DNA from: an uncultured bacterium
GTDB lineage: Bacteria > Bacteroidota > Bacteroidia > Bacteroidales > Bacteroidaceae
Direction of reading: 5' to 3'
Length of the DNA stretch: 64,000 nucleotides
Assembly: GCA_945867195.1 (NCBI GenBank)
Contig: CAMBHR010000003.1
Location: forward strand, 3,958 to 67,957
Shown piece after piece: positions 9,093 through 18,902 of the stretch. Position 1 is the first letter of the stretch. Every line of letters starts with the position of its first letter. The notes under the pieces were generated by a model. That model saw nothing but the letters and a program-made list of their open reading frames with translations. It did not search any database and was not told where the DNA came from. The position numbers and the translations under genes were made by a program.

Positions 9093-11042
9093 TTATTCAT
9101 TGTTCATGGATTCCAGTTCCAGCAAAGCGTTTTCCCAATCCTCTTCGGCTTGCTTTAATTCTCGTTGTATGTCGGCATATTGTTCAAAGAGCTGTGCGTT
9201 GCTGCCGCCTTCGGGCGTAGAGAGCTTTTCTTCGAGCGCGGCTTTGTCCGTTTCGAGCTGCATCACCCGGTTTTCGCACTGTTCCACCAGCTTCTCCACC
9301 TTTCGGCGCAGGCGGTTCTGCTCCTTGCGTTCTTCGTAGGACAGTTTTCCTTCCGAAGGTTCGGTCTTGGATGGTGCAGGTGCGGCGGCTGTCCCCTGCG
9401 AGGGCGACCCGGCGGTATGCAGCTCGTCGAGCGTTTCCATTTCCTTCTTTTGCAGGAAATCGTAAATGCCCCCCAGATGCTCGCGCACCTGTCCGCCGCC
9501 GAACTCATACACTTTTGTCACCAGTCCGTCCAGGAAGTCACGGTCGTGGCTCACCACAATCACCGTGCCGTCGAAAGCCAGGATGGCCTCTTTCAGCACA
9601 TCCTTGGTTCGCATGTCCAGGTGGTTGGTAGGTTCGTCCAGGATGAGGAAGTTGACAGGTTCGAGCAGCAGCTTGATCATGGCCAGACGCGAACGCTCGC
9701 CGCCCGACAGCACCTTGACCTTCTTGTCAGAGGCTTCGCCGCCGAACATGAAGGCTCCCAGGATGTCGCGAATCTTGAGGCGGATGTCGCCTTTGGCCAC
9801 CCGGTCGATGGTGTCGAACACGGTCAGTTCCTCATCGAGTAGCTGCGCCTGGTTCTGGGCGTAGTAGCCAATGCTGACGTTGTGTCCCAACTTGAGGCTG
9901 CCGTCAAAGGGGATTTCGTTCATGATGCACTTCACCAGGGTCGACTTACCCTCGCCGTTCTTGCCCACGAAGGCCACTTTCTCGCCGCGTTTGATGGTGA
10001 GGCTCACCTTTTGGAACACGCAGTGGTCGCCGTAATCCTTGCGCACTTCATCGCAGATGACCGGGTAGTCGCCCGAGCGCGAACAGGGCGGAAACTTCAG
10101 GTGCAGGCAGGCGTTGTCCACCTCGTCCACCTCGATGGGCACAATCTTTTCCAGCTGTTTGATGCGGCTTTGCACCTGTACGGCCTTGGTGGGTTTGTAG
10201 CGGAAGCGTTCGATGAAGTCCTTGATGTCGGCAATTTCCTTCTGCTGGTTTTCGTAGGCGCGGAGCTGCTGTTCGCGGCGTTCGGCCCGCAGGCGCACGA
10301 ACTCGTCGTACTTCACCTTGTAGTCCGTGATTTTTCCGCAGGCTATCTCGAGCGTGCGGTTCGTGACATTGTTGATGAAGGCGCGGTCGTGGCTTACCAG
10401 CACCACAGCCCCTTGCGAGCGGTTCAGGAACTGCTCCAGCCAGCGTATGCTCTCAATGTCGAGGTGGTTGGTGGGTTCGTCGAGCAACAGGATGTCAGGG
10501 CGGCGCAGCAGGAGCTTGGCCAGCTCAATGCGCATACGCCAGCCTCCGGAAAATTCGCGGGTGGGGCGGTTGAAGTCGGCCGGGGCGAACCCCAGTCCCT
10601 GCAGGGTGCGTTCCAGCTCGGCGTGGTAGTTCATGCCGCCCATCATCTGGAAACGCTCACTCTCGTGGGTGAACCGCTCCACCAGCTTCATGTAGCTGGC
10701 ACTTTCGTAGTCAGTGCGGCTGGCCAGCTCGTCGTTCATGCGGGCAATGCGTTCCTGCATTTCGCTGATGTGTTCAAAAGCCTTTTCGGCCTCCTCCATC
10801 ACCGTATGTTCGTCGCTCAGCACCATCACCTGTGGCAGGTAACCGATGGTGATGTCGTTTTGTACGGAAACGGTGCCGCTGGTGGGCTGCTGGCTGCCGC
10901 TGAGGATTTTCAGGAGTGTAGATTTGCCGGCACCGTTCTTGCCGACGAGCGCGATGCGGTCCTTCTTGTTTATAACAAACGACACGTCCGCAAAAAGCGG
11001 ACGTGCGCTGAATTCTACACTGAGATTGTCTACTGATAGCAT
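9093..11042 (-). CDS. ABC-F family ribosome-associated ATPase with C-terminal coiled-coil extension
   Basis: Two intact NBDs (GKNGAGKST/FSGGW/LDEPTNHLD; GKNGEGKST/LSGGE/LDEPTNHLD), no TM segments. Confidence 0.92.
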   Translation of the reverse strand: MLSVDNLSVEFSARPLFADVSFVINKKDRIALVGKNGAGKSTLLKILSGSQQPTSGTVSVQNDITIGYLPQVMVLSDEHTVMEEAEKAFEHISEMQERIARMNDELASRTDYESASYMKLVERFTHESERFQMMGGMNYHAELERTLQGLGFAPADFNRPTREFSGGWRMRIELAKLLLRRPDILLLDEPTNHLDIESIRWLEQFLNRSQGAVVLVSHDRAFINNVTNRTLEIACGKITDYKVKYDEFVRLRAERREQQLRAYENQQKEIADIKDFIERFRYKPTKAVQVQSRIKQLEKIVPIEVDEVDNACLHLKFPPCSRSGDYPVICDEVRKDYGDHCVFQKVSLTIKRGEKVAFVGKNGEGKSTLVKCIMNEIPFDGSLKLGHNVSIGYYAQNQAQLLDEELTVFDTIDRVAKGDIRLKIRDILGAFMFGGEASDKKVKVLSGGERSRLAMIKLLLEPVNFLILDEPTNHLDMRTKDVLKEAILAFDGTVIVVSHDRDFLDGLVTKVYEFGGGQVREHLGGIYDFLQKKEMETLDELHTAGSPSQGTAAAPAPSKTEPSEGKLSYEERKEQNRLRRKVEKLVEQCENRVMQLETDKAALEEKLSTPEGGSNAQLFEQYADIQRELKQAEEDWENALLELESMNNE

Positions 11043-11066
11043 TTCTTGGTGATTATCAAAAACCTG

Positions 11067-12551
11067 TTAGTAGCTGCGCGCCACGATGACGCGGCAGGTG
11101 GCGGGCTTTCCGCTCACCATGTCAACGCCGAGGTTCTCTTGGCTGTAACCGTAGGGCACGCAGCGTATGGTGGCTTGCGTCTCGGCTTTGATGCGGGCTT
11201 CGGTTTCCTCGGTGCCGTCCCAGGGGCAGAGGAAGAAGCCTCCGTCCTTGATGCGTTCCTTGAATTCCTCGTAGTTGTCGCAGGTAAATACGTGGTCGTC
11301 CAGGTGCTTCTTGGCCTTGTTGTAGATATTGGCCTGGATTTCCTCCAGCAGCTGCTTGACGTAGTCCTCGATACCCTCGAACGAGCGCGTTTCCTTTTCG
11401 AGCGTGTCGCGGCGCATCAGTTCGATGGTGCCGTTCTCCAGGTCGCGTCCGCCCATTACCAAGCGTACGGGCACACCCTTCAGCTCGTAGTCGGCAAACT
11501 TGAAGCCGGGGCGTTTGTTGTCCGCGTTGTCATATTTCACGCGGATGCCCATGGCCTTGAGCCTTTCGGCCAGTCCGCCCAGCTTCTCGTTGAACGCCGC
11601 GAGTTCGGCATCGCCCTTGTAGATGGGCACAATCACAACCTGTATGGGTGCCAAGTGCGGCGGCAGCACGAGTCCGTTGTCGTCGGAGTGCGTCATGATG
11701 AGCGCGCCCATCAGTCGGGTGCTCACGCCCCACGAGGTGGCCCAGGCATAGTCCAGCTTGTTCTCCTTGTCCACGAACTGCACGTTGAAGGCGCGGCCGA
11801 AGTTCTGTCCCAGGAAGTGACTGGTGCCGCTCTGCAGTGCCTTTCCGTCCTGCATCATGGCTTCGATGGTGTAAGTGTCGAGCGCACCGGCAAAGCGTTC
11901 GGTGGCACTCTTCACACCGCGCACCACGGGGATGGCCAGCACGTCCTTGGCAAAGTCGGCATACACGTCGAGCATCTGCTTGGCGCGTGCTTCGGCCTCT
12001 TCGCGGGTGGCGTGGGCCGTGTGCCCCTCCTGCCAGAGGAATTCCGAAGTGCGGAGGAACAGTCGGGTGCGCATTTCCCAGCGCATCACGTTGCACCACT
12101 GGTTGCAGCAGAGGGGCAGGTCGCGCCAGGAGTGGATCCACTTGCGGTAGGTGTTCCAGATGGTCGTTTCGGAAGTGGGACGTATGATCAGTTCCTCTTC
12201 GAGCTTGGCGGCGGGATCCACCACCACGCCGTCGCCTTCGGGGTTGGCCTTCAGGCGGTAGTGGGTGACCACGGCGCACTCCTTGGCAAATCCCTCCACG
12301 TGTTCGGCCTCCTTGGAGAGGAAACTTTTGGGGATGAGCATGGGGAAGTAAACATTCTGCACGCCGGTTTCCTTGAAACGGGCATCGAGCGACTGCTGGA
12401 TGCGTTCCCAGATGGCATAGCCGTAGGGCTTGATAACCATGCAGCCGCGCACGTCGGCCTGCTCTGCCAAATCGGCCTTTACTACCAACTCGTTATACCA
12501 GCGCGAATAGTCAACACTGCGCTTGGTGAGGTCTTTCAGTTCTTTTGCCAT
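11067..12551 (-). CDS. proS: Proline--tRNA ligase (archaeal/eukaryotic type)
   Basis: [33 protein letters not shown]-terminal ARSY. Confidence 0.96.
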   Translation of the reverse strand: MAKELKDLTKRSVDYSRWYNELVVKADLAEQADVRGCMVIKPYGYAIWERIQQSLDARFKETGVQNVYFPMLIPKSFLSKEAEHVEGFAKECAVVTHYRLKANPEGDGVVVDPAAKLEEELIIRPTSETTIWNTYRKWIHSWRDLPLCCNQWCNVMRWEMRTRLFLRTSEFLWQEGHTAHATREEAEARAKQMLDVYADFAKDVLAIPVVRGVKSATERFAGALDTYTIEAMMQDGKALQSGTSHFLGQNFGRAFNVQFVDKENKLDYAWATSWGVSTRLMGALIMTHSDDNGLVLPPHLAPIQVVIVPIYKGDAELAAFNEKLGGLAERLKAMGIRVKYDNADNKRPGFKFADYELKGVPVRLVMGGRDLENGTIELMRRDTLEKETRSFEGIEDYVKQLLEEIQANIYNKAKKHLDDHVFTCDNYEEFKERIKDGGFFLCPWDGTEETEARIKAETQATIRCVPYGYSQENLGVDMVSGKPATCRVIVARSY

Positions 12552-12617
12552 ATCAATTTGTGTGGTTTGCGTGTCCGGAGGGGCGCAAACATCTCATTTT
12601 TAATAAATTTTTCCGCG

Positions 12618-12625
12618 CAAAAGTA
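12618..12625 (-). promoter_or_regulatory. -7 box for proS
   Basis: TACTTTTG on minus strand. Confidence 0.55.
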
Positions 12626-12826
12626 CAACTTTGTCGTTGAAGTAGGGAACAAGTGGCACACTTTTTCACCTCCCCTTTTCTGCGAATGACGGATTGCCAG
12701 ACGGACAGGGGGCTGAAAAACAGAAGCCTTGACCGGTAAACGGAATGAGGCGTATCGTGTTTTTGGGGTAGGGGAGGTTTTTACAGGATGGGGCGGTCCG
12801 TCCGTCACACGGCCACTTTGTGCCGC

Positions 12827-12909
12827 CTACTCTTGGAATTGTAGAAAACAAGTCCAAGAGTAGTTGTAACAAGTCCTAGACTAGTTGTAACAAGTCCAAG
12901 AGTAGTTTT
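12827..12909. repeat. Three 21-bp tandem units plus one inverted copy
   Basis: aacaagtccaagagtagttgt / aacaagtcctagactagttgt / aacaagtccaagagtagtttt from 12847; inverted ctactcttggaattgt at 12827-12842. Confidence 0.85.
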
Positions 12910-13020
12910 TTTCAACTCCCTGATTTGTGAACGCAGCTCCGCCACTTGTGGGCGGCCGGTCCGGAAGGAGGCAGATTGGGGCATTGCATTCCCCGTTTTT
13001 GCCGGCCAGTCATTGCATCA

Positions 13021-13348
13021 TTATATATACGTAATTTCCCCTTTGATAAATATTGTTCAAACCTTCAGGAACTGTTCATTTCCCTTTTGAATATCAGCTG
13101 TTTTCATACTGAATGATTGGATTTTCAATCATTCATAGTCAGCCGGCTGCGGGAGGGAGGACAAGTGTATAGTTCAGACGGACTATCGACATTGGCCGAA
13201 CAACGGGAGGACGAAGTTCCGGCAGGAATGAGGAGGATGAATGTTTCTTATCAAAAGCTTCATGGCTAATTGCATTGATTTTCAGCAGGAAACAGGTGGT
13301 GCTGAATGATTGAAGAATAAATGGCAGGTAAAAAACACGTATATATAA
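13021..13348. repeat. Palindromic intergenic element A (two inverted ~90-bp modules)
   Basis: Perfect 12-bp termini ttatatatacgt (13021-13032) / acgtatatataa (13337-13348); both arms align with modules at 30643, 39341 and 39580. Confidence 0.7.
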
Positions 13349-13422
13349 GGTGTCATATTTGCACACTTTGCTTCGCCAAGACAGGCTGCGGCTCGGCAAT
13401 GAAAAGAAAAATGGTTTTTTCT

Positions 13423-13453
13423 TTTGCATTGCTCTCGCCTTGCACTATCTTTG
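13423..13453 (+). promoter_or_regulatory. sigmaA promoter for ompA, overlapped by an inverted repeat
   Basis: TTTG (13423-13426), 19 nt, TATCTTTG (13446-13453). Confidence 0.7.
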
Positions 13454-13501
13454 CACCTCAAATTAGACAAAAAAACCAATCATTTTATTCTTTACGTGTT
13501 T

Positions 13502-14218
13502 ATGAAAAAGATGAAGTTTTCAGTTTGTGCAGTAAGCTTGGCCATGTTGCTGAGCAGTTGCGGTATGTCTAACACGGCCAAAGGTGGCCTCATCGGTGGT
13601 GCAGGTGGTGGTGCACTGGGTGCCTTGGTAGGCCAGCTCGTTGGTGGTAACGGCAAGAGCACGGCCATCGGTGCAGCCGTTGGTACTGTTGTAGGTGCCG
13701 GTGCCGGTGTGCTTATCGGCAACAAAATGGACAAGGCCAAAAAGGCTGCCGAATTGGCTAACGCCGAAGCTCAAGTGCTGACCGACCAGAATGGTACGCA
13801 GTACGTAAAGGCAACTTTCGACAGCGGTCTTCTGTTCAATACTGGTTCTGCCACTTTGAGCGCAGCTGCTCAGGCTTCCATCAAGAAGTTCATCAGCAAC
13901 CTCGTGGCTGAGGACAATACTTACAACATGGCTATCTGTGGCTTCACCGACAATGCCGGTTGGAAGGGGTGCACCGCCGAGCAGAGCAAGGCAAAGAACC
14001 TTGACCTCTCACAGAAGCGTGCCGAATCGGTGAAGAACCAGATCGTAGGTTCCGGCTATCCCGCAAGCCGTTTGGTTAGCGTGAAGGGTTATGGCGAAGA
14101 AAACCCCGTGGCCGACAACTCCACTGCCGCTGGCAAGGAGCAGAACCGCCGCGTTGAGGTTTATATCCTGCCCAGCGATGACATGATCAAGGCTGCCAAC
14201 GCTCAGGCTGGCAAATAA
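13502..14218 (+). CDS. OmpA family lipoprotein with glycine zipper
   Basis: Lipobox LSSC, GAAVG glycine zipper, GFTDN, LSQKRAESV, NRRVEV; start at ATG 13502. Confidence 0.92.
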   Translation: MKKMKFSVCAVSLAMLLSSCGMSNTAKGGLIGGAGGGALGALVGQLVGGNGKSTAIGAAVGTVVGAGAGVLIGNKMDKAKKAAELANAEAQVLTDQNGTQYVKATFDSGLLFNTGSATLSAAAQASIKKFISNLVAEDNTYNMAICGFTDNAGWKGCTAEQSKAKNLDLSQKRAESVKNQIVGSGYPASRLVSVKGYGEENPVADNSTAAGKEQNRRVEVYILPSDDMIKAANAQAGK

Positions 14219-14247
14219 TTGCACATTTACTATAATGGCATGAATAA

Positions 14248-14284
14248 ATTGAAGGCCGCAGGCATACAGCCTGCGGCCTTCAAT
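14248..14284. terminator. Hairpin between convergent ompA and DAGK genes
   Basis: attgaaggccgcaggc-ataca-gcctgcggccttcaat, perfect 16-bp stem. Confidence 0.7.
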
Positions 14285-14417
14285 GCTGATTATCAGTAGC
14301 GTGGAGTTGATACGTTTAGAGTTTTGGTTTAAAGATGTTTCGGGTGTGGCAATGTTTCTTCGTCATATAATCAACTCATAATGCTCTGATTGAAAAACAC
14401 CACAATTATAGGATATG

Positions 14418-15464
14418 CTATTTGCCGCGCATGCCCAGCTTGTCAATGATGGTGCGGTTAAGACGCCGCAAGTCCTGCCCCGTGCGGTTGAGGAAGGCTT
14501 CGGGCAGTGTTTTCCATTCATTGAAGAAAACGGGCAGCAGTTGCAGCAAATTCATTTTTGTTTCGGTGCGTGGTTTGTTCGGTTTGTCGGGGTTGACAAT
14601 GACATTGAAGGCATGGCGTTCAACGCCCACTTCAATCGTTTCGCCTGTCCAAAATGGGTCGCCGTCGAAGTGGGCCACCCCTTCGCCCTCACGTCGGATG
14701 CGGAGTTTGGAAGCCTGGAAGGTTTTCACGTGGCTGTTGGCGGGCAAAGTCCCGTTGAACAGCTGGAGTGCCACCTGCGGTGCTTCAATGGCGTTGAAGG
14801 GTTCCATGACCACCACGTCGAGCAGCCCGTCTTTCATACTGGCATAAGGGGCTATGAAAGCGTCGTTGCCGTATTGCGAAGCATTGGCACAGGCTATGAG
14901 GAAAGCCTTGCAACTTTCCGTGCCCTTCTCGTCCTCGATGGTGTAAGGCTGTGGCTTGTACATCAAGCCTGAACGCAACGTGTTTTCCACATAGGTCAGC
15001 AGCCCCCTCCGGCCGGCAGCCGCAAATTTTTCGCAGATGAAGGCGTCGAACCCGATGCCACAGGTGCAGAAGAACGGGCGGCCGTTGATGGTGCCGTAGT
15101 CAAGTGTGTGTACCACATGTCGGTTGATGATATCAATGGCCTTTGTCGGCTCCATCGGCAGTGCCAGGTGGCGTGCCAAGCCGTTGCCCGAACCGCAAGG
15201 CACAATGCCCAGGGCGGTGTCGGTGTGTACCAATGCCCGGCCCACTTCGTTGACCGTTCCGTCGCCGCCTACGGCTACCACTACATCCATACCGCGACCC
15301 ACGGCCTCGGCTGCCAGCAGACTGGCATGGCCGGCATATTCGGTATAGGCAAGTTCCACATCGAACACATCTTTGTCTGTCCGTTCTTCGGCCAGCCGGG
15401 CAATGCCCTGCTTGCGTTGGGTGCCCGAAATGGGATTGATGATATAGCGGATTTTCTTTTTCAT
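14418..15464 (-). CDS. Diacylglycerol kinase family lipid kinase (YegS/BmrU-like)
   Basis: IINPISG, GGDGTVNEV, PCGSGNGLAR, SQYGN, FDGD; start at ATG 15464. Confidence 0.88.
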   Translation of the reverse strand: MKKKIRYIINPISGTQRKQGIARLAEERTDKDVFDVELAYTEYAGHASLLAAEAVGRGMDVVVAVGGDGTVNEVGRALVHTDTALGIVPCGSGNGLARHLALPMEPTKAIDIINRHVVHTLDYGTINGRPFFCTCGIGFDAFICEKFAAAGRRGLLTYVENTLRSGLMYKPQPYTIEDEKGTESCKAFLIACANASQYGNDAFIAPYASMKDGLLDVVVMEPFNAIEAPQVALQLFNGTLPANSHVKTFQASKLRIRREGEGVAHFDGDPFWTGETIEVGVERHAFNVIVNPDKPNKPRTETKMNLLQLLPVFFNEWKTLPEAFLNRTGQDLRRLNRTIIDKLGMRGK

Positions 15465-15501
15465 GAATATGGGTGCTTCCGGTTTTGGTATATAGTTTGG
15501 A

Positions 15502-15509
15502 CAAAGATA
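15502..15509 (-). promoter_or_regulatory. -7 box for the DAGK gene
   Basis: TATCTTTG on minus strand inside a 20-bp segment identical to the ompA promoter. Confidence 0.6.
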
Positions 15510-15668
15510 GTGCAAGGCGAGCGCATGAAAAAGGAAAAACCTGTGGTTTTGCTTTTTTTCATGCCCTGGCCGTACCGTGAAATCATGCTCAAACAATGAA
15601 ATCGCACAATTTGCGCCCCAACGTGCATTTTTTCTCTTGGATAATTAACCTTTTTATAAGGAATTGCG

Positions 15669-15676
15669 TACCTTTG
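15669..15676 (+). promoter_or_regulatory. -7 box for spt
   Basis: TACCTTTG. Confidence 0.55.
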
Positions 15677-15744
15677 CCCAAAATAAAAGTTGAAAAGCCT
15701 AAAAATCAATAATTATTAGGCGATTCTTACAACCTGATTTACAA

Positions 15745-16932
15745 ATGGGAATATTACAAGAAAGATTAGCAAAGTACACCTTGCCCCAGCAATACCAAGC
15801 AAAAGGTGTGTATCCCTATTTCCGTGCCATTGAAGGTAAACAGGGCACAGAGGTCGAGATGGGCGGCCATCACGTGCTGATGTTCGGCTCAAATGCATAT
15901 ACTGGACTCACCGGCGATGAACGCATCATTCAGGCTGGTATCAAGGCAATGGAGAAATATGGCTCAGGATGTGCCGGTTCTCGCTTCCTGAATGGCACCT
16001 TGGATCTCCATGTGAAATTGGAGAAGGAACTGGCAGAGTTTATCGGCAAGGAAGATGCGCTGTGCTATTCTACCGGATTTACGGTCAACTCTGGCGTGAT
16101 TTCCTGCTTGACCGGTCGCGAAGATTACATCATTTGCGATGACCGCGACCACGCCTCTATCGTGGATGGACGCAGGCTGTCCTTCTCCACTTGCTTGAAA
16201 TACAAGCACAACGATATGGCCGACCTGGAACGCCAACTCCAGAAATGTGCCCCGGAAGCTGTGAAGCTGATCGTGGTGGACGGTGTGTTTTCCATGGAAG
16301 GCGATTTGGCCAACCTTCCTGAAATCGTGAAGCTCAAGCACAAATACAACGCAACCATCATGGTGGACGAAGCGCATGGTATCGGTGTGTTCGGCCGTCA
16401 GGGACGCGGTGTTTGCGACTACTTCGGCCTGACGGGCGAGGTGGACCTCATTATGGGTACTTTCAGCAAATCGTTGGCCTCAATCGGCGGATTTATTGCA
16501 GCTGACGAGTCTATCATCAACTGGTTGCGCCACAATTCCCGCACGTATATTTTCTCCGCTTCCAATACGCCGGCGGCTACGGCCTGTGCCATGGAGGCCC
16601 TGCATATCATCCAGCAGGAACCGGAACGTATCGAGGCTTTGTGGGACGTGACGCGCTATGCCCTCAAACGCTTCCGCGAAGAAGGGTTTGAAATCGGTGA
16701 AACGGAATCGCCCATCATCCCCCTCTATGTACGCGACACGGAGAAAACCTTCGTGGCCACGGCAAGAGCCTTTGACGAAGGCGTGTTCATCAACCCGGTG
16801 ATTCCACCGGCTTGCGCTCCGCACGATACCTTGGTGCGTGTGGCGCTCATGGCAACCCACACCAAAGAACAGGTGGACCGCGCTGTGGCCGCACTCGGAA
16901 AAGTGTTCCGCGAATTAGACATTATTAAATAA
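15745..16932 (+). CDS. spt: Serine palmitoyltransferase (alpha-oxoamine synthase family)
   Basis: GCAGSRFLNGT, DHASIVDG, DEAH, GTFSKS PLP lysine; N-terminus resembles Bacteroides SPT as I recall it. Confidence 0.85.
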   Translation: MGILQERLAKYTLPQQYQAKGVYPYFRAIEGKQGTEVEMGGHHVLMFGSNAYTGLTGDERIIQAGIKAMEKYGSGCAGSRFLNGTLDLHVKLEKELAEFIGKEDALCYSTGFTVNSGVISCLTGREDYIICDDRDHASIVDGRRLSFSTCLKYKHNDMADLERQLQKCAPEAVKLIVVDGVFSMEGDLANLPEIVKLKHKYNATIMVDEAHGIGVFGRQGRGVCDYFGLTGEVDLIMGTFSKSLASIGGFIAADESIINWLRHNSRTYIFSASNTPAATACAMEALHIIQQEPERIEALWDVTRYALKRFREEGFEIGETESPIIPLYVRDTEKTFVATARAFDEGVFINPVIPPACAPHDTLVRVALMATHTKEQVDRAVAALGKVFRELDIIK

Positions 16933-16966
16933 GCATATCCAATAACTCTTATTCATTTTCTGCCTT

Positions 16967-18610
16967 ATGGAAAAAAGCGCACTGCAGATTGCACGTGCCG
17001 CCTACCAGCCCAAGCTCCCCGCTGGTTTGCGTGGCAATGTAAGCATCAAAGAAGGAGCACCCACTGAAAGCGTTGGCGATCAGGAGGATATCAAAAAGCT
17101 CTTCCCCAACACTTACGGGATGCCTCTCGTGGAGTTCGTTCCCACTGATGAGAAGAAGGAATATGCACCGATGAACATCGGTATCATCCTTTCCGGTGGA
17201 CAAGCTCCCGGTGGACACAACGTAATCTGTGGCCTTTATGATGAACTCAAAAAGCAAAATGCCTCCAACAAACTGTACGGCTTCCTGATGGGGCCCGGCG
17301 GTTTGGTTGACCACAAATATATTGAACTGACTGACGCTGTCATCGACGAATACCGCAATACCGGCGGCTTCGACATGATTGGTTCAGGACGTACCAAACT
17401 GGAGGAGGAAAGCCAGTTTGAGAGCGGGCTCGAGATTATCCGCGAACTGGGCATCAAGGCCGTTGTAATCATCGGCGGTGACGATTCCAATACCAATGCC
17501 TGCGTTTTGGCTGAATACTATGCCGCACACAATTATGGCGTGCAGGTTATCGGTTGCCCCAAAACCATTGACGGTGACTTGAAGAACGACCAAATCGAAA
17601 CGTCCTTCGGTTTCGACACGGCTTGCAAAACTTATGCTGAGGTGATCGGTAACATTCAGCGTGATGCCAACTCGGCTCGCAAATACTGGCATTTCATCAA
17701 GCTCATGGGACGCTCGGCAAGCCATATCGCACTGGAATGCGCTTTGCAGTGCCAACCCAACGTCTGCATCGTCAGTGAAGAGGTGGAAGAAAAGAACCAG
17801 ACACTCGATGACATCGTGACGTACATTGCCAGCGTTGTGGCCAAACGTGCTGAGGCAGGTAATAACTTCGGTACCGTGCTGATTCCGGAAGGTTTGATTG
17901 AGTTTATCCCGGCCATGAAGAAGCTCATTGCCGAACTCAACGACTTGCTCGCTACTCCGGAAGCTGCCGGCGTGGCACCCGCAGAACAGCGTGCATGGAT
18001 CCTTTCCAAACTTTCTGCCGCCAATGCTGCCATCTACGAAAGTCTGCCCGAAGGTGTGGCCAAACAGCTCACCATGGAGCGTGACCCCCACGGTAATGTG
18101 CAGGTTTCTCTCATCGAAACGGAAAAACTGCTTTCCGAAATGGTGGCAGTAAAACTCGCCGCTTGGAAGGAAGAAGGCAAGTTCAAAGGCAAATTTGCCG
18201 CTCAGCACCACTTCTTCGGTTACGAAGGACGCTGTGCAGCTCCTTCTAACTATGATGCTGACTATTGCTATGCACTCGGTACAAGTGCCGCACAGCTGGT
18301 AGCCAACGGCAAGACGGGTTACATGGCTATCGTGAAGAACACTACCGCTCCTGCCGAACAATGGATTGCTGGCGGTGTGCCCATCACCATGATGATGAAC
18401 ATGGAACGCCGTAACGGCAAAATGAAACCGGTGATCAAGAAGGCATTGGTTCGTCTGGACGGTGCTCCCTTTAAGGAATTTGCAGCTCACCGCGAAGAAT
18501 GGGCTGAAAAGACTTGCTTCGTTTATCCCGGCCCCATCCAGTACTTCGGTCCTACTGAGGTTTGCGACCAGTGTACGGTTACGCTGAAACTGGAACAAGG
18601 AAAGGCTTAA
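16967..18610 (+). CDS. pfp: Diphosphate--fructose-6-phosphate 1-phosphotransferase (PPi-PFK)
   Basis: [34 protein letters not shown]. Confidence 0.93.
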   Translation: MEKSALQIARAAYQPKLPAGLRGNVSIKEGAPTESVGDQEDIKKLFPNTYGMPLVEFVPTDEKKEYAPMNIGIILSGGQAPGGHNVICGLYDELKKQNASNKLYGFLMGPGGLVDHKYIELTDAVIDEYRNTGGFDMIGSGRTKLEEESQFESGLEIIRELGIKAVVIIGGDDSNTNACVLAEYYAAHNYGVQVIGCPKTIDGDLKNDQIETSFGFDTACKTYAEVIGNIQRDANSARKYWHFIKLMGRSASHIALECALQCQPNVCIVSEEVEEKNQTLDDIVTYIASVVAKRAEAGNNFGTVLIPEGLIEFIPAMKKLIAELNDLLATPEAAGVAPAEQRAWILSKLSAANAAIYESLPEGVAKQLTMERDPHGNVQVSLIETEKLLSEMVAVKLAAWKEEGKFKGKFAAQHHFFGYEGRCAAPSNYDADYCYALGTSAAQLVANGKTGYMAIVKNTTAPAEQWIAGGVPITMMMNMERRNGKMKPVIKKALVRLDGAPFKEFAAHREEWAEKTCFVYPGPIQYFGPTEVCDQCTVTLKLEQGKA

Positions 18611-18657
18611 TTCTTTTTGCTCTGTTGGTGTTTACCAAAAGAGCTGACCATATTTTT

Positions 18658-18699
18658 ACAGAGGATGCAGTTCCCGACTGGGATGTGTCCTCTGTTTTG
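18658..18699 (+). terminator. Terminator after pfp
   Basis: acagaggatgca...tgtgtcctctgt followed by ttt. Confidence 0.6.
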
Positions 18700-18860
18700 C
18701 ATACTGGGGCGTAAAGCTTTTGTATGGATTTGGACCTTTACAGCAGTCTGACAACCCTCTGGCTCTGGAGAAATTTTGGCTTGTTTTGCATCACGGAGTG
18801 CGAATATGCAAACTCTCCAATTTTTCTTGTCAAATAACGCCTCATTCTAAAAAAATCCAA

Positions 18861-18868
18861 TACTTTTG
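18861..18868 (+). promoter_or_regulatory. -7 box for galE
   Basis: TACTTTTG. Confidence 0.55.
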
Positions 18869-18902
18869 CAATACGATAAACCCAACTTTAAAATATAGTA
18901 TC

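Noticed and set aside
12847-12909. 21-bp arrays (here and at 39677-39760) as mini-CRISPRs
   Set aside because: Units are contiguous with no spacers, and no cas genes are present
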